Assembly: GCA_951406725.2 (NCBI GenBank)
Contig: OX597832.1
Location: forward strand, 58,652,001-58,716,000
Source of the DNA: Octopus vulgaris
Taxonomy: Eukaryota
Reading direction: 5' to 3'
DNA length: 64,000 nt
A program made the translations under genes and the position numbers. The notes beneath the pieces were generated by a model. That model did no database searches. It worked only from the letters and a program-made list of their open reading frames with translations, and was not told the DNA's origin. Shown here one piece after another: positions 14,596 to 28,339 of the stretch (position 1 is the first letter of the stretch; each line of letters opens with the position of its first letter).

Positions 14596-14985
14596 AGGCG
14601 GCGAGCTGGCAGAATCGTTAACAGGCCGGGCAAATTGCGTAGCCGTATTTCGTCTGCCGCTACGTTCTGAGTTCAAATTCCGCCGAGGTCGACTTTGCCT
14701 TTCATCCTTTCGGGGTCGATTAAATAAGTACCAGTTACGCTCTGGATGTCGATGTAATCGACTTAATCCGTTTGTCTGTCCTTGTTTGTCCCCTCTGTGT
14801 TTAGCTCCTTGTGGGTAGTAAAGAAATAGGTATTTCGTAGGTTTTTACGTCCTGAGTTCAAATTCAGTCGAGGTCGACTTTGCCTTTCATCCTTTCGGGG
14901 TCGATAAATTAAGTACCATTAGGATCGATCTAATGGACTGGTCCCCGCTCCCAAAATTTCGGGCCTCGTGCCTAGAACAGAAAGA
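14596..14985 (+). mobile_element. SINE family C, tandem (full plus partial copy)
   Basis: Two gtcgactttgcctttcatcctttcggggtcg cores with different tails. Confidence 0.85.
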
Positions 14986-15045
14986 ATATATTTTATGGTG
15001 GTCCTCCACTGTCCATTGACCGAAAGGGTGAAAGGATACACCACA

Positions 15046-15077
<32 letters not shown>

Positions 15078-15195
15078 TATATGCATATGTATATGCATCA
15101 ATCATGTCTTTCTTCACATACCTATACTCACACACTCACACATCAATACATTATTGGGCTTGTGCAGATATATATACATATATAGATTTTGCTTC

Positions 15196-15391
<196 letters not shown>

Positions 15392-15397
15392 TAGTTT

Positions 15398-15453
<56 letters not shown>

Positions 15454-15892
15454 CATGTATATATCACGAATTCAGAGCACACGTGCTTGTGTGTGTGTTC
15501 GTCTTTGAACACGCAGAAAGGGAATAAAAAATCGAACGGTAGATAGGTAGATATATATATATATAAATCTGTATGTGTGCGTGTGTTTGTGTACGTATAT
15601 AGGAAGAGAGAGAAAGGGTGAGAGGATGAGGGAATTGCCCTGGAATAAGAGAAGAGACGAATGTACGGAATAGGGGATTCTATAGATTATACGAATGGAA
15701 TGAAATTGGAATGGTAAATGTGGATGTTTATAAATATTTATGTGGAGATAGGTGGAAATCAACGTATTGAAAGAATGTGTATGTGAGACGGGGAGAGACG
15801 TTCGGTGTGGGTGTGTGTTTATTTGGTTGTGTTTGTGTGTATGAATGTGTATGCGTGTTGTGTGTGTGTGTGTATATGCATATGTATGCATG

Positions 15893-15948
<56 letters not shown>

Positions 15949-15984
15949 TGTGTGTGTGTGTGTACATATACATACACACACACA

Positions 15985-16039
<55 letters not shown>

Positions 16040-16199
16040 CATATATATATAATGAGAGAGAAATAGAGAAATAGAGAGGGAGGGAGAGAGAGGAATAGAC
16101 AGTCGGATAGATAATTTGAGATGCAGAAATTATAGATCTACACATGTTTGTGTGTGCGTTTTATACACAGCGCTGTGTTTATAAACCATATGTTTACAA

Positions 16200-16254
<55 letters not shown>

Positions 16255-16263
16255 CATACATAT

Positions 16264-16339
<76 letters not shown>

Positions 16340-16836
16340 TTGTGTGTGTATGTTTGTGCGTATAGCATAATGTATAAACAAATTTGAGCATATTTACTAA
16401 AAGAGAGCATGTTTCTAAATGCCTACATGATAATGGCTCCCTACAAACATGTGTGCGTTTTCGAGTATTATGTATTCGTGTCTATGTGTGTATGTATGCA
16501 TATGTGTATGTGCGTGTCTATGTATATGTATACAAGTGTGTGTGTGTGTCTATGTGTGTGCGCGTCTGTGTGTGTAGATTTACGCATGTGTTAGAGCGTC
16601 TTACTGTGTCATCACACGTATCTGTGTTAAGCCACCTCTCGTAGTGATTAACTTAAAAACTAATAACGCATGTAGCCGTATGTATGCGTACATGCATGCT
16701 TACATATATGCACGTTTGTGTTTATGTGGACGGAAAAATGTATGAAGGCTTATATGTGAAAGGCTGTGTGAGTAATGCCTGGTGCACGTATGTACATATG
16801 CAGCTGTGCATGCACATTTTTGTATATCTATACGCT

Positions 16837-16917
<81 letters not shown>

Positions 16918-17174
16918 ATGCGTGTGTATAAATAAATATATGTAGATTATATGTATATATATGTGTGTGTGTGTGTGTTTATATATAAATATGTATATGT
17001 AGATATATATGTATATATATATGTGTGTGTATTATATATATGTGGGTGTGTGTATATTTGCATAAAACTCTCTTTTCCTCTCTACTCCTCTCCCCCCCCT
17101 CTCTCTCTGGATATATATATATGTATTTATATATACATGCACAGACACACACACACACACACATATATTTATAA

Positions 17175-17214
<40 letters not shown>

Positions 17215-17571
17215 TAGAGATAGTGACAGAGAGACAAAGAAAGAGAGAAAGAGATGAAAAATAGGAGAGAGAGAGAGAGAGAGGGTTACAGAGACAAACG
17301 GAGATGGTTTTAAAGATGTAAAGCAGACAAAAAAAATGGTGGAATATGTGGAAAGAGAGAAGGCAAAACTGCATATGCACGGGTATATGTATGCAAATGC
17401 TTTGTGTGTGCCTGTGTTTCTGTTCATATATGCGTGAGTATGTGTTTATTTGCAAATGTCTGTCGAAATGTCTAAATGCGTTAAAGTATATTTGCATTTA
17501 TCTGCACGTTTTTATGTTTGCGCTTCAATGTGCGCGCGCACGTCTATGTCGTTGTACGTTTGTATACCAGT

Positions 17572-18600
17572 CTTTTATTTTTTACTAATTACAGTCATTA
17601 CACTGCGGCCGTGCAGGAGCAACACCTAGGAGAATTTTTAGTCGCACAAATCAAATCAAGTATTTATTTCTTTATTCATGTTTTTTTTTTGTAAAGCTAG
17701 GTACATATTCTTTTCTACTCTAGGCAGGAAGTCAGAAATTTTGTGGGACGGAGCCAGTCAATTAGATCGACCTCCGTACGCAACTAGTACTTAATTTATT
17801 GTCGCTGAAAGATAAAAGGCAAAGTCGAGCTCGGCGGAATTTGATCTCAGAACGTAAAAACAGACGAAATACCTATTTCTTTACTACCCACAGAGGGGAC
17901 AAACAAGGGCAGATAAACGGATTAAGTCGATTATATCCACACCAGTGCGTAACTGGTACTTATTTAATCGACCCCGAAATGATGAATGACAAAGTCGGCC
18001 TCGGCGGAATTTGAACTCAGAAAGTAGCGGCAGATGAAATACTTTGAAGCATTTCGCCCGGCGTGCTAACGTTTCTTATTTCTTTGCTGCCCACAAGGGG
18101 CTAAACACAGAGGGGACAAAGAGGGACAAACAAATGGATTAAGTCGATTATATCGAATCCCGTGCGTAACTGGTACTTATTTAATCGACCTCGAAAGGAT
18201 GAAAGGCAAAGTCGACCTCGGCGGAATTTGAACTCAGAACGCAGCGGCGTACGAAATACCCCTAAGCAGTTCGCCCGGCGTGCTAACGTTTCTGCCAGCT
18301 CGCCACCTTAAAGCTAGATAGTTATTGTATCGTTTCTCTTTTGCCGAACCGTAAAGTTATCGGGGAGCAAACAAATCAACACCAGTTGTCAAGCGACGAT
18401 GGTGGACAAACACACACAATGACATACACGCACGCACTCAGAAGCACACACACACATTTTGACGGGCTTCATTCTGTTTCCGTCTACCAAATCCTCCTCC
18501 TGACACTACCAAATCCATCCCCTTCCAGAACTATTACCATGATAGAAGAAACTCGTCTCAAGTGCCCAGTAGTGGAACTGAACCCGGATCCATGTGCTTG
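17572..18600 (-). mobile_element. SINE family B split by a nested trimer of family C (17710-18310)
   Basis: B tail at 17572-17710 continues at 18310; diverged duplication taaagctag(g/a)ta at ~17692 and ~18309. Confidence 0.7.
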
Positions 18601-18683
18601 GTGTTTATGTGTGGTCATGTATATTTGTGATGTTCTTTATTTAGGTCTTTTGTGTATGTACATATGTGTGTGTGTGTGTGTGG

Positions 18684-18735
<52 letters not shown>

Positions 18736-18753
18736 GTATATATACATATATAC

Positions 18754-18784
<31 letters not shown>

Positions 18785-18840
18785 CATACATACATACATA
18801 TATATATTTATATATATACACGCACACACATATATAGATA

Positions 18841-18889
<49 letters not shown>

Positions 18890-19014
18890 CATACATGCAT
18901 ACATACATAGACACATATATATACATACATGCAGGCATGCAAGCATGCATACATACATACATACATTACATACATACATACATACATACGTACGTACATA
19001 CATACATACATACA

Positions 19015-19048
<34 letters not shown>

Positions 19049-19926
19049 CATACATACATACATACATTCATACATAAAAACGTACATACATGCACACATA
19101 AAGTGATAATGAGAAAATGAAAACGAAATCCCCGACAGCCAAGAGCGTAAATACAGAGTCAAGAAGGTTTGAAAAGAAAAAGAGTCAGACAAGGACGTTC
19201 CCAGACAGTGAATTGCGTAAAAGACAGAGAAAAACGCAAAAATATCTGCTGTAGATTCACATGGAACACAAAAAAATGCTCAACGAACATAAGTGCTCAC
19301 TTTGTTTCTGGTGTAATTATAACCATCTGTTTAACCGGAGGAATTATTTAAATGAACTAAGAAGAATTTGGGGGTTGTTTTGTTTATTTTCGTTTGGTAT
19401 TAATTCCTGTTTCTCTTCGTATTTTTTTTTTTACTTTTGATTCATGTTTTTTTCTTTTGTTGTTGTTGTTTCTATTTTTGTTGCCGATGTTGATATTGCT
19501 TGCTACTATTATTGTTGTTGTTGTTGTTGTTGTTGTTGTGGATGATGTTCAACATTCCGTTTGACTTTTCAGAGCAAACCAAGAGGGAAGAGAAGGGAGA
19601 ACAAGACAGGGGGAAAACTGTAGACAGGGAGGATGCGGAAGATTAAAAAAAAACCTCAGCAAGATGGACGCTGTACAAAAGGAGTAACTGGAATATTGTG
19701 AAGATTAGGTAAATTACAAAGCTAAAAAGCTATAATCTGGTAATTCTTTATAACTGATAAAGAACTAAAGGCAAGGATGCCCTCTAAATCTTTGTCACGT
19801 CTGTAAACTTGTTTTTTTCACATGCCAATTACCCACACGCCCTAATCATTTACAAAACCCTCGAATCAAAAAGTTTTTTCTGTGCTTAAAAATGAACGAG
19901 AACTTAATGTATCATAAACACTGTAA

Positions 19927-21100
19927 TAAAATTCTTTGTTTAATGCTGGTTGTTGAACTAGCTACACTATCTGTGCAACTGTAACTGATTTTCACATTGT
20001 TCTTATTGAATATTTCGTAGTATTGGTGATTTACATATGATTTACCCCTTGTTTGTGATGCGTTTTGTTGTGACTCTATATCAATGGCACATTTGTCACG
20101 ATTCTATCTCATTATTGTGCTTTCAGTGTATCTCTGTCGCCCTGTAGTTTGTTCGATCTGCTAGAAAGACCTCATGGGTCTCTTTCAAATCGTACGATAC
20201 TGTTTTAGACAAACAATATGCTTCATGAAATAATATGTACAATATATACTATATTTCAAAATATATAAATGCTGAAATGATTTGTGGTCAAAATATCTTT
20301 CCTTATAGATCTGCTTCGTTAAAGACTCGTAGTCGATATAAACAGTAAGGAAAATATCGGAATATTTGTCGCTTCTATATATTCTTGATACAAGTACCAA
20401 ACGTTGCTAAATCAACGACATGTTTTCGACGAAACACGTGTCACATGTTCAAAATCCTGACGGCGGTAGGGTTTGGGATAAAGCTTCGATAAAAACGACA
20501 AGTGGTACAGTAATGTTTGCCTACTTACAGAAAGACAACCTGGCTGGCTATCCTAGCGAACGCACGCATGCACGCACACACATACACACACACAGATAAC
20601 ACTCAAATATAAAAACGCTTATTTTATAAATCTGTGTGTATCTATGTATGTACCTATGTACGTGTGTATGCAAACCCATACAAACACAGAGACACACACA
20701 GACCCACATTGACACACGCATACATAGATTTACATACATGTACATACACACTCATAGATGTATATATATATGTATATATGTGCATATATTTGTGTATATA
20801 TATATGTATATACACATATATATATATACCGGAGTAAGTACATAAATGTGAAACAAGGTGGAAAGAGAAGTATTCAAATACCAGAGGTAGAGTAATATGT
20901 TTTATTTAAAAGCAGCAGAAACGTAACAAAAGCTCTTTCTCAGAGCTTCACGTTGCCGTTCGTCCGACGAACGGGTACGTAAAACTCTGATTAACAGCTT
21001 TTGTTATATTTCTGCGGCTTTTAAATAAAACATATTACTCTACCTCTGGTATTTGAATACTTCTCTTATATATATATAAAGTGTTTGAAGTGTTGTACAA

Positions 21101-21158
<58 letters not shown>

Positions 21159-21603
21159 TTTAAAGTGGTGTACAAATATTGTATATTGAGAAAAAGAAGG
21201 CAGTAAGAATTTTGGATGATTCTTTTAATTCTATCTTGAGTTCAATAAACGAACGAAAGCGCTAATGAAGAATTACCCAAAATTCTGACTGCCCCCTGTT
21301 TCTCAACATATATATTGTGCACTAAAAGCACAATAATGAGATGGAGTCGTGGCAAATGTACAATTAATATAGAAATACCACAAAACGCATCACAAACAAG
21401 AGGTAAATTGTGTATATGTAATCTAATCTGCACACATGTTTTCAATATAGAATCCTGAATAGAAATCGTCCGACTTTGATACACACGTGTTTCCTAAAAA
21501 TCACCAATACTACAAAATATTCAATAAGAACAACTTGAAAATCAGTTACAGTTGCACAGATAGTGTAGACAGTTCAACAACCAGCATTAAATACAGAATT
21601 TTA
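19927..21603. mobile_element. Long inverted repeat pair (~200-bp arms 19927-20130 / 21320-21603), MITE or fold-back-like
   Basis: taatgctggttgttgaact...ctacactatctgtgcaactgtaactgattttca is the reverse complement of 21537-21590; homology extends inward, with a ~70-bp insert in the right arm. Confidence 0.75.
20829..21067. mobile_element. Palindromic PLE-type element in (TA)n: 205-bp hairpin (20863-21067) centred on a hammerhead-like core, plus a 34-bp unpaired tail
   Basis: Near-perfect arms with centre ccgttcgtc-C(20965)-gacgaacgg; each strand reads c(c/g)gacga-acg-NNNN-cgt-(g/a)aa(a/g)-ctctga. Confidence 0.8.
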
Positions 21604-22785
21604 CGTCGGAAAAGAATATAAACCTACCAATGCACAGCAAGTTTACGTGTTCTCCTTTTAATGTCAGGTGCATAAGGAAGTCAGCAGCTTACATTGAATA
21701 GATGACTACGATCGAATTGCGTCTATCTGTCTCATAAAAAAAACGCCCCACCACAGCTTTAGCATCTTTGTTAAACGTATCTCATTCGACCCTCCTAAGA
21801 ATACAGGCGAGACATTGGATAATGTAGTCAAGGATGTATTGTGAATAATTGAAATACGTGGTGGCCACGGTTGGAGCATCTTTGCTTGGAGTTAGGTCCG
21901 ATCGATCACAGCTGACGTTTGTGTAACGAACAACTGCAATAAAGTGTAATCGAATTGCGAGAGTTCAAGGTCGACCGATTTTCAATCACGATTTTTATTT
22001 CTCCCCGCCCGCACCATTTTTTTCGAGCAAAATGAGCAATAATTTAGACAGATTATCGATCTTGTTTCAGCCAGTGTTGACTGATGCATGCCGTCGCTTA
22101 GCTATGGGGTACATAGTCTAGTCTATCCAAATAATAAATAATATTACGTGGACGCCGATATTGGGGATGTTATTGATGTTTAGGGAAAATATTAGTTCAT
22201 AGATATAAACAAACGTTTATCGATGCAATAGAGGAAGAAAAAAATATAATAATTGCATAATATTAATATGATAATCCATTTTATAATATATGATCTAATA
22301 TAATAACATGATATGCTTATTATATATGATATAATATAATATCCTATAATCTAATGCTATGATTTTTTATTATAGGCAAAAGGCCACATATTTTTTACGA
22401 GTGGGTTACATCGATATAACCAAGAATAGCAGTTGATTGCTTCTTATTTTATATATGCCGTAAATGATGAAAGAAAACACAAGGATGGCGTGATTTGAAC
22501 TCATAACTTAAAGCGGCGTTGTTAAATATCTGAAATAGTTCTGGATATTTCCTTATCGATTTCACATCATGCGCTCTTTCTAATATAATATAATGCTATA
22601 CAATGTAATGCAACAATAATGGAATTTAATCTAATATAAAATGATATAATGAAATATAATATATTAATATTGTAATATATCATGTATCATACAATTTAAT
22701 ATAAAGTAATAGCAGTAAAGATATATTACAATATAGAATATGGCGATGGCTTACATATTTATTCTTAGTTTATGCCAACCGATTT

Positions 22786-22973
22786 GAACGTAAATATGCT
22801 AATCGCTGTTTAGTTTTGTCATAAGAGGACACGTTCTCTTTTACAACGAATATGTATTCATAATACAATCAATTCCCTTGTACTGGTGAATCGTGTGTGT
22901 AACGAATATGTTGTTGTAACGGAGAAAGCGTATTCTGGCAACGAAGTACAGCAGTGATTAGCGTTTCACGCTC
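22786..22973. repeat. Imperfect ~190-bp hairpin (old MITE or fold-back)
   Basis: gaacgtaaatatgctaatcgctg pairs with cagtgattagcgtttcacgctc; inner ttctcttttacaac pairs with gttgtaacggagaa. Confidence 0.6.
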
Positions 22974-23109
22974 GAGGCTGTCGAAAAGGATGAAGGATAA
23001 GTATGCAAGATATCGTTTAGACGCTTCTCACATTGCAGAAGAGGATTTGATATCGGTATAAATTATAATGAGCTAAAAATATACGACGTAATTGTTTCTA
23101 ATTATGGCA

Positions 23110-23375
23110 TAAGAACAGCAATTTTGAGGAGAGGGAAAGTCAGGTACTTATTTTATCGACCCCAAAAGGAAGAAGGCAAAATTGACCTTCGCGACGTTTG
23201 AACTCAGAAACGTAGACACGGAGGAAATGTTGCAACACATTTTCTTCCTGCCGCCTTAAATGTGTACAAGGCGTGGTCGTGTGGTAAGAAGCTTGCTTCC
23301 CAGCCACGAGTTTCCAGGTTCAGTCTCACAGTGAGATACCTTGGACAAGTGCCTTCTACTATAACCTCGGGTCGA
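23110..23375. mobile_element. Degraded family C SINE (minus) head-to-head with a family B head (plus)
   Basis: tcgaccccaaaaggaagaaggcaaaa...ccgccttaa, then gtggtaagaagcttgcttccc. Confidence 0.6.
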
Positions 23376-23469
23376 CTAAGCCGTGTCAGTGGTATTCACA
23401 ATACGCCCTTGACTACATTATCCAGTTGTCTGTTTCTGTCACACACACCCACATACACATACACAACTA

Positions 23470-23612
23470 TGTTTCCTCGTGTTCCTTTCTGTTGAAGAGC
23501 GCAAGCTCGAAACGCAAAAGACTTTCTCACCTTCCCGAGCGTCAAACTAATTCACCTGCTTGTTGTTTGTACACCAGTCTTTGTTTTTTGTTTTTCTGTA
23601 AAGTTCAACTGT
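23470..23612 (+). mobile_element. Short PLE-derived element with mutated hammerhead (23485-23520)
   Basis: cttt-CTGTTGA-a-gagc-gcaa-gctc-GAAA-cg-CA-aaag (A6 and U16.1 substituted); same family as 3018-3203. Confidence 0.6.
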
Positions 23613-23624
23613 ATATATACACAT

Positions 23625-23726
<102 letters not shown>

Positions 23727-24265
23727 GGTGGCTGCCCCCTCGTTATCGAGTATGGCCATTGCACGAAGCTTAATCAATGTTGTTATCGTGCAATGCCTGT
23801 GGTTGAAGATTTTTTTAAAGTGAGGAAGGGCTGTGCACTGAGTCAATCCCACTCACTAAGCAACAGCAGCCATAATCCCAAAAGATGAACAAGTCAACAA
23901 CATCGGTAACTACTGAGCCGCAGGTTTTATGTCGGTAACCTGAGTTACCTTCTCCTAGAAGGATGCCCTAACAAAGGCTAGGAGTCCTTCACTCCCAATG
24001 GTTTAACCGCGTGATCGGGTATTCAGTCCGATTATTTCTATGTACCCGCGCATGATACAGCCTTAAGACATTTATTGGATGGCTGTTGACTCTCAACAGT
24101 TCCTCCGCCCTTTGACGGGTTTTGTTTTTCATCCCGCAGGGTGTCCAATAAACACCCTCCTCACCAAGCAAGCTTGGTGGGGTTGCCGGTTTAGTCGCCG
24201 ACGATCCTAGCATGCAACAGGTTGTACTGGATTACATGTTACCAGTAGCACTCGAAAGTGACCTG

Positions 24266-24266
<1 letters not shown>
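23727..24266. mobile_element. Unclassified GC-richer interspersed element inserted in (TA)n
   Basis: Sharp boundaries against TA/CA tracts; no recognisable ORF. Confidence 0.5.
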
Positions 24267-24324
<58 letters not shown>

Positions 24325-24490
24325 TACGACGTGCTTCTTTCAGTTTCTGTCCACCAAATCAATTCACAAGGCTTTAGTCGGCCCCTCGGCTTTCGTTGAA
24401 AAAAACTGCTCAAGGTACTACGCAGCCAAACCGGACCCTTGTACCATGTTGCTGGGAAGTAAACGCTTTACCACACAGATACGCATATTA
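24325..24490 (-). mobile_element. SINE family B 5' part
   Basis: acgacgtgcttctttcagtttc...cacaaggctttagtcggccc. Confidence 0.65.
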
Positions 24491-24795
24491 TTGGATTTGT
24501 CTACGTTGGATTACATGTTTTATATCTGTAATCACGTGATTGGACGAATGAAAGACATATCAATAATTTGTCATGTATTTTTCGTTTCAAACCACGAAAA
24601 TTTGTTCTTTTAATTACAGAAATGTATCTGCTATTCCTTTTGCTAATTTACGGATTTCAGTTAAGTGTGGCCATACTTAAGCCTGCTGACCAATCCATCA
24701 AACCCTGTACTTATTTTATAGAACTTGGAGGGACGAAAGTATATATTTAAACACATGTGTATATAAACAAACCTACATTATCTGTATCAGCTATA

Positions 24796-25057
24796 CAGTA
24801 ATACCTCACTTAAACGAGTATCCACTTTACGAGACCTCGGGATTACGAGTTTTATTTTGCAGATCATTTTTGTATGATGAGGTGAAATTGTTATTTTATT
24901 GCTATTTATTTACGAGTATTATAAATTTTATGAGTAAAATATTTTTCAGGGAACGAATTACGATTTATAACATTGCTGCTATGGAAAATTATTGGACTGC
25001 TTTACGGGTTTTCATTTTACGAGCGGTTTCCTTGAACGAATTAACTCGTCGTTACTG
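24796..25057. mobile_element. Tigger/pogo-type MITE
   Basis: TA-cagtaatacctc...acgagt / actcgt...ttactg-TA; internal ttacgag repeats. Confidence 0.65.
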
Positions 25058-26524
25058 TATTTTACATTTGAATTTAAAGAATTCAGCCTTAATAACACTT
25101 TGCATGGAAAGTTGAAGAAACTGCAAACGTAGAGTTTTATCCGTTGAATAATATGTTTGAAAATAACCGATATTATTCTGTGGGCTTTCAAAATAATTCA
25201 TGGTCAGTGTTACTATTATGTATTAAGAGAACATTTCATAAGAACAGAAAGGAGTTGGGCGGTGTGGCTGTAGATCAAAACCAACTTGATTAATGCCAGA
25301 AGGCGTCGAAGTTTAATCTTAGAGCAAGATGAACATAGGATATTGAGATAAATTCATTTTTTCACTGGATAAAGTTGACATATTCAGATTGATGTACCAT
25401 CACTTTCTTAAAAACGAACAAATGAGAGACAAGAAATAAAAAATAAATAAAATAAAATAAAATAAAATAAATAAAAAAAAGAGAAATAAAAGCTCGCTGC
25501 TACTCAAAAATAGTATCAATTATGCAGTAGTGTTTACATATTTAATGGGGAAATCTGTCAAATTAAGCTCTTCTACAACAGAACGGTGAAGTATTTTAGT
25601 AGCAAGATGTTTCCAATATTTAGCCTTTATTGATTTTACAATTCGTGTTAACATTTTATATTTGCTAGACGGCTTTAGTAATATGGAGACAGAAATTATT
25701 CCTAACCCCGCTGTGAGCTATTGGTTATTTCATTGGATTTAATTAGCGTGGTCTTAATTTTCGATAGAACGTTCGATATTAAATTTGGTTTTCATTTATA
25801 GTTTTACGTTAATGTTGGAATCTGGACGCTGTGGATCGTGTGACATAAAATCCACGTAGCTGCCGTTCCCTGCATCTGATAGCAATTCGCTGGTGCTTAA
25901 GTTGAGGCGCTGTGAAGAAAGACACTCCAAGAATTTAGTTTGATTTCTACACGATGGATTCAATTGCATAAAAATGTGGCCCTTTATTATCGAAAATCGT
26001 GTGTAAAGCTGTGATGCTAATGGATCTCCAAATGGTTACTTGATGACAAGAATTAAAATCAAACTATTAGCTAACGTAAATAATCAAGAATCTGCAATCA
26101 ATTTTTATAGAATGGTTTTATTTTCAAAAACAGAAATATTACATTTCTAAATCTCTCAGAGAAATTTATACAGTAGTGATATGATAAAGTAGTTGTGTGC
26201 TGTCATCTTAATGTGACAGTCCCATGAGAGAGAATAATACTACTGCTATTTAGCCCTAGGAAGCAGCACCGCTTCCTGTCGGCCTTGACACATTTCCTAT
26301 GTCCTTATGTTTACAAGGGGGAGATAAGCACCTCCACTTAGCTAAGCCAGCATCCAGAGACTAGTTTCTGAGTCATTGCCCGTCTTCAGTCTGGAGTAGT
26401 ATGGCTTACTAGTTGGAGATGCCCATCTAGCCCCTGTAAACATTTTGTATTTTTTTAAGTAGAAATTCCTAGTGTTTCTGATCAAAGAATGAGATGCTGC
26501 AATGTTCAGTGTTTTGAATGAATG

Positions 26525-26883
26525 GTAGCGATATAATTTACTCGGTCGTGGGATCGCGGTTTCGATTCCCAAGCCGGGGGTTGTGAGTGTTTATTAAATT
26601 AAACCACTTAAAGCTCCACGAGGCTCTGGAATAGGGTGGTGGCGAACACTGCTGTACTCTTTCACCACATCTTTCTCTCACTCTTTCTTCCTGTTTCTGT
26701 TGTACTTGTATTTCAAAGGGCCAGCCTTGTCACACTTTGTATCACGCGGAATCTTCCCGAGAACTACGTTAAGGGTATACGTGTCTGTGGAGTGCTCAGC
26801 CACTTGCAAGTAAATATCACGAGCAGGCTGTTTCGTTGATCGGATCAACTGGAAACCACGTCGTCGTAACCGACGGAGTACCA
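26525..26883 (+). mobile_element. SINE family A, degraded head
   Basis: Aligns to 43738-44120. Confidence 0.8.
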
Positions 26884-27117
26884 TTGTTTAGGGATTTTAC
26901 ACTTGAAATACAAAAACGAAAGATGAAGGCATTTAGGCCGACTATTCTTTCATCTAAAATACAAATGCCCGAGACCTTGGATTTTTCTACTCCACATAGC
27001 AAATGCATCTGTCTGACATTTTGAAGACCCTGCTTTGGGTTCATGGTTACCGTCATTGTTCTTCTCTCTTTTCTTTGGGTTCTATCCTTTCTTCTCAACG
27101 GCTACCCTGTATATTAA

Positions 27118-27512
27118 ACAGGTGCAGCCGTGGCTGACTGGTAAGACGTTTGCTTCTCAAACGCATGGTTTCGGTTCAGACCCTCTTGGTGATTCCTTGG
27201 GCAAGTGTCTCCACTATAGTCTGGTATCGTTCAAAGCCTCTGTAAGTGTATTTGGTAGAGGCATAGTGAAAGAAGCGCGTCGAATATATACATATACATA
27301 TATATATATATGAGTTGTGTGTGTGTGTGTGTGTGTGTGTGAGACTACCGTTTCACACCGTAAGCTTGCTGTTCAGCAAAAGAGACGGATAGAATAAGGA
27401 CAGGGCTTAGAAATATAATGAATACTGGGGGTTAATTCATTCGAATAAAAATACTTTAAAGACGGTGCCCCAGCATGGGCGCAGTCTAAAGCCTTAAAGA
27501 AGTAAAAGATAA
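27118..27512 (+). mobile_element. SINE family B, diverged
   Basis: ccttgggcaagtgtctccactatag...ggtgccccagcatgg. Confidence 0.65.
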
Positions 27513-27959
27513 AAGATTGTTGCTATTAGGTTCTATTTGAAGTGATCGCCTAAGAAGTTTCAAAACAACAAAGCATTCCATAACTTCTCTTGTATTGAAG
27601 GCAAATCGACGTTTGTCTGGACTTCTAAAGAGGAACATTTTATTATAAAAACTGAATCCGATTTGGATGCCTGCTTTTGAGTATTTAAATCTGGAACTGG
27701 TAAACATATTTAATATAATAAACCAAAAATTACTCCATTGAAATTACAAAGTTAATGAGAAAGAAAATGGTTAGAGCTAATAATGAATTTTATAAAACAG
27801 AAAAAAAAATTGACTAATCAAACACATCCGAAATTTAAACTGATTTAATATGAAATGCAGACAGTAAAAGTGATAACAAGTGTGATATTTGGCACTAGAC
27901 ACGTTTATGCCATGGTGCAATATTCCCAAGTGCTAGGTTGACTTAAAGCATATAACCGT

Positions 27960-28265
27960 CACTCTGTCGGTTACGACGATGATGAGGGTTCCAGCTGATC
28001 CAAACAACGGAACAGCCTGATCGTGAAATTAAATTGCAAGTGGTTGAGTACTCCACAGACACGCGTAAAATTAATATAGTTCTCAGGGAGATTCAGCGTG
28101 ACACAGAATCTGACAAGGCAGGCCCCTTTGAAATTACAGGTGCGATTCATTTTAACCAGCCGACTGGAATTGAGCAAGGGGGAACATAAAGTGTCTTGCT
28201 GAAGGACATCGAACTTACCATTGCGAACCGAGTACCCCTAGCACTAAGCCACGTTCCTTCACACT
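27960..28265 (-). mobile_element. Chimeric SINE: family A tail joined to the head type seen at 4480-4617
   Basis: gtcggttacgacga...ggcccctttgaaat, then aagtgtcttgctgaaggac. Confidence 0.55.
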
Positions 28266-28339
28266 TAGAGCAATTACAATTTAGTGGGAGAATAGGAATG
28301 TGTTTGGAACTGACATCATGCTAATTTATTTTAAGAACG

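Noticed and set aside
21080-21176. 22-bp duplication agtgttt(g/a)aagtg(t/g)tgtacaaa around a TA run
   Set aside because: Most simply explained as local slippage duplication at a microsatellite
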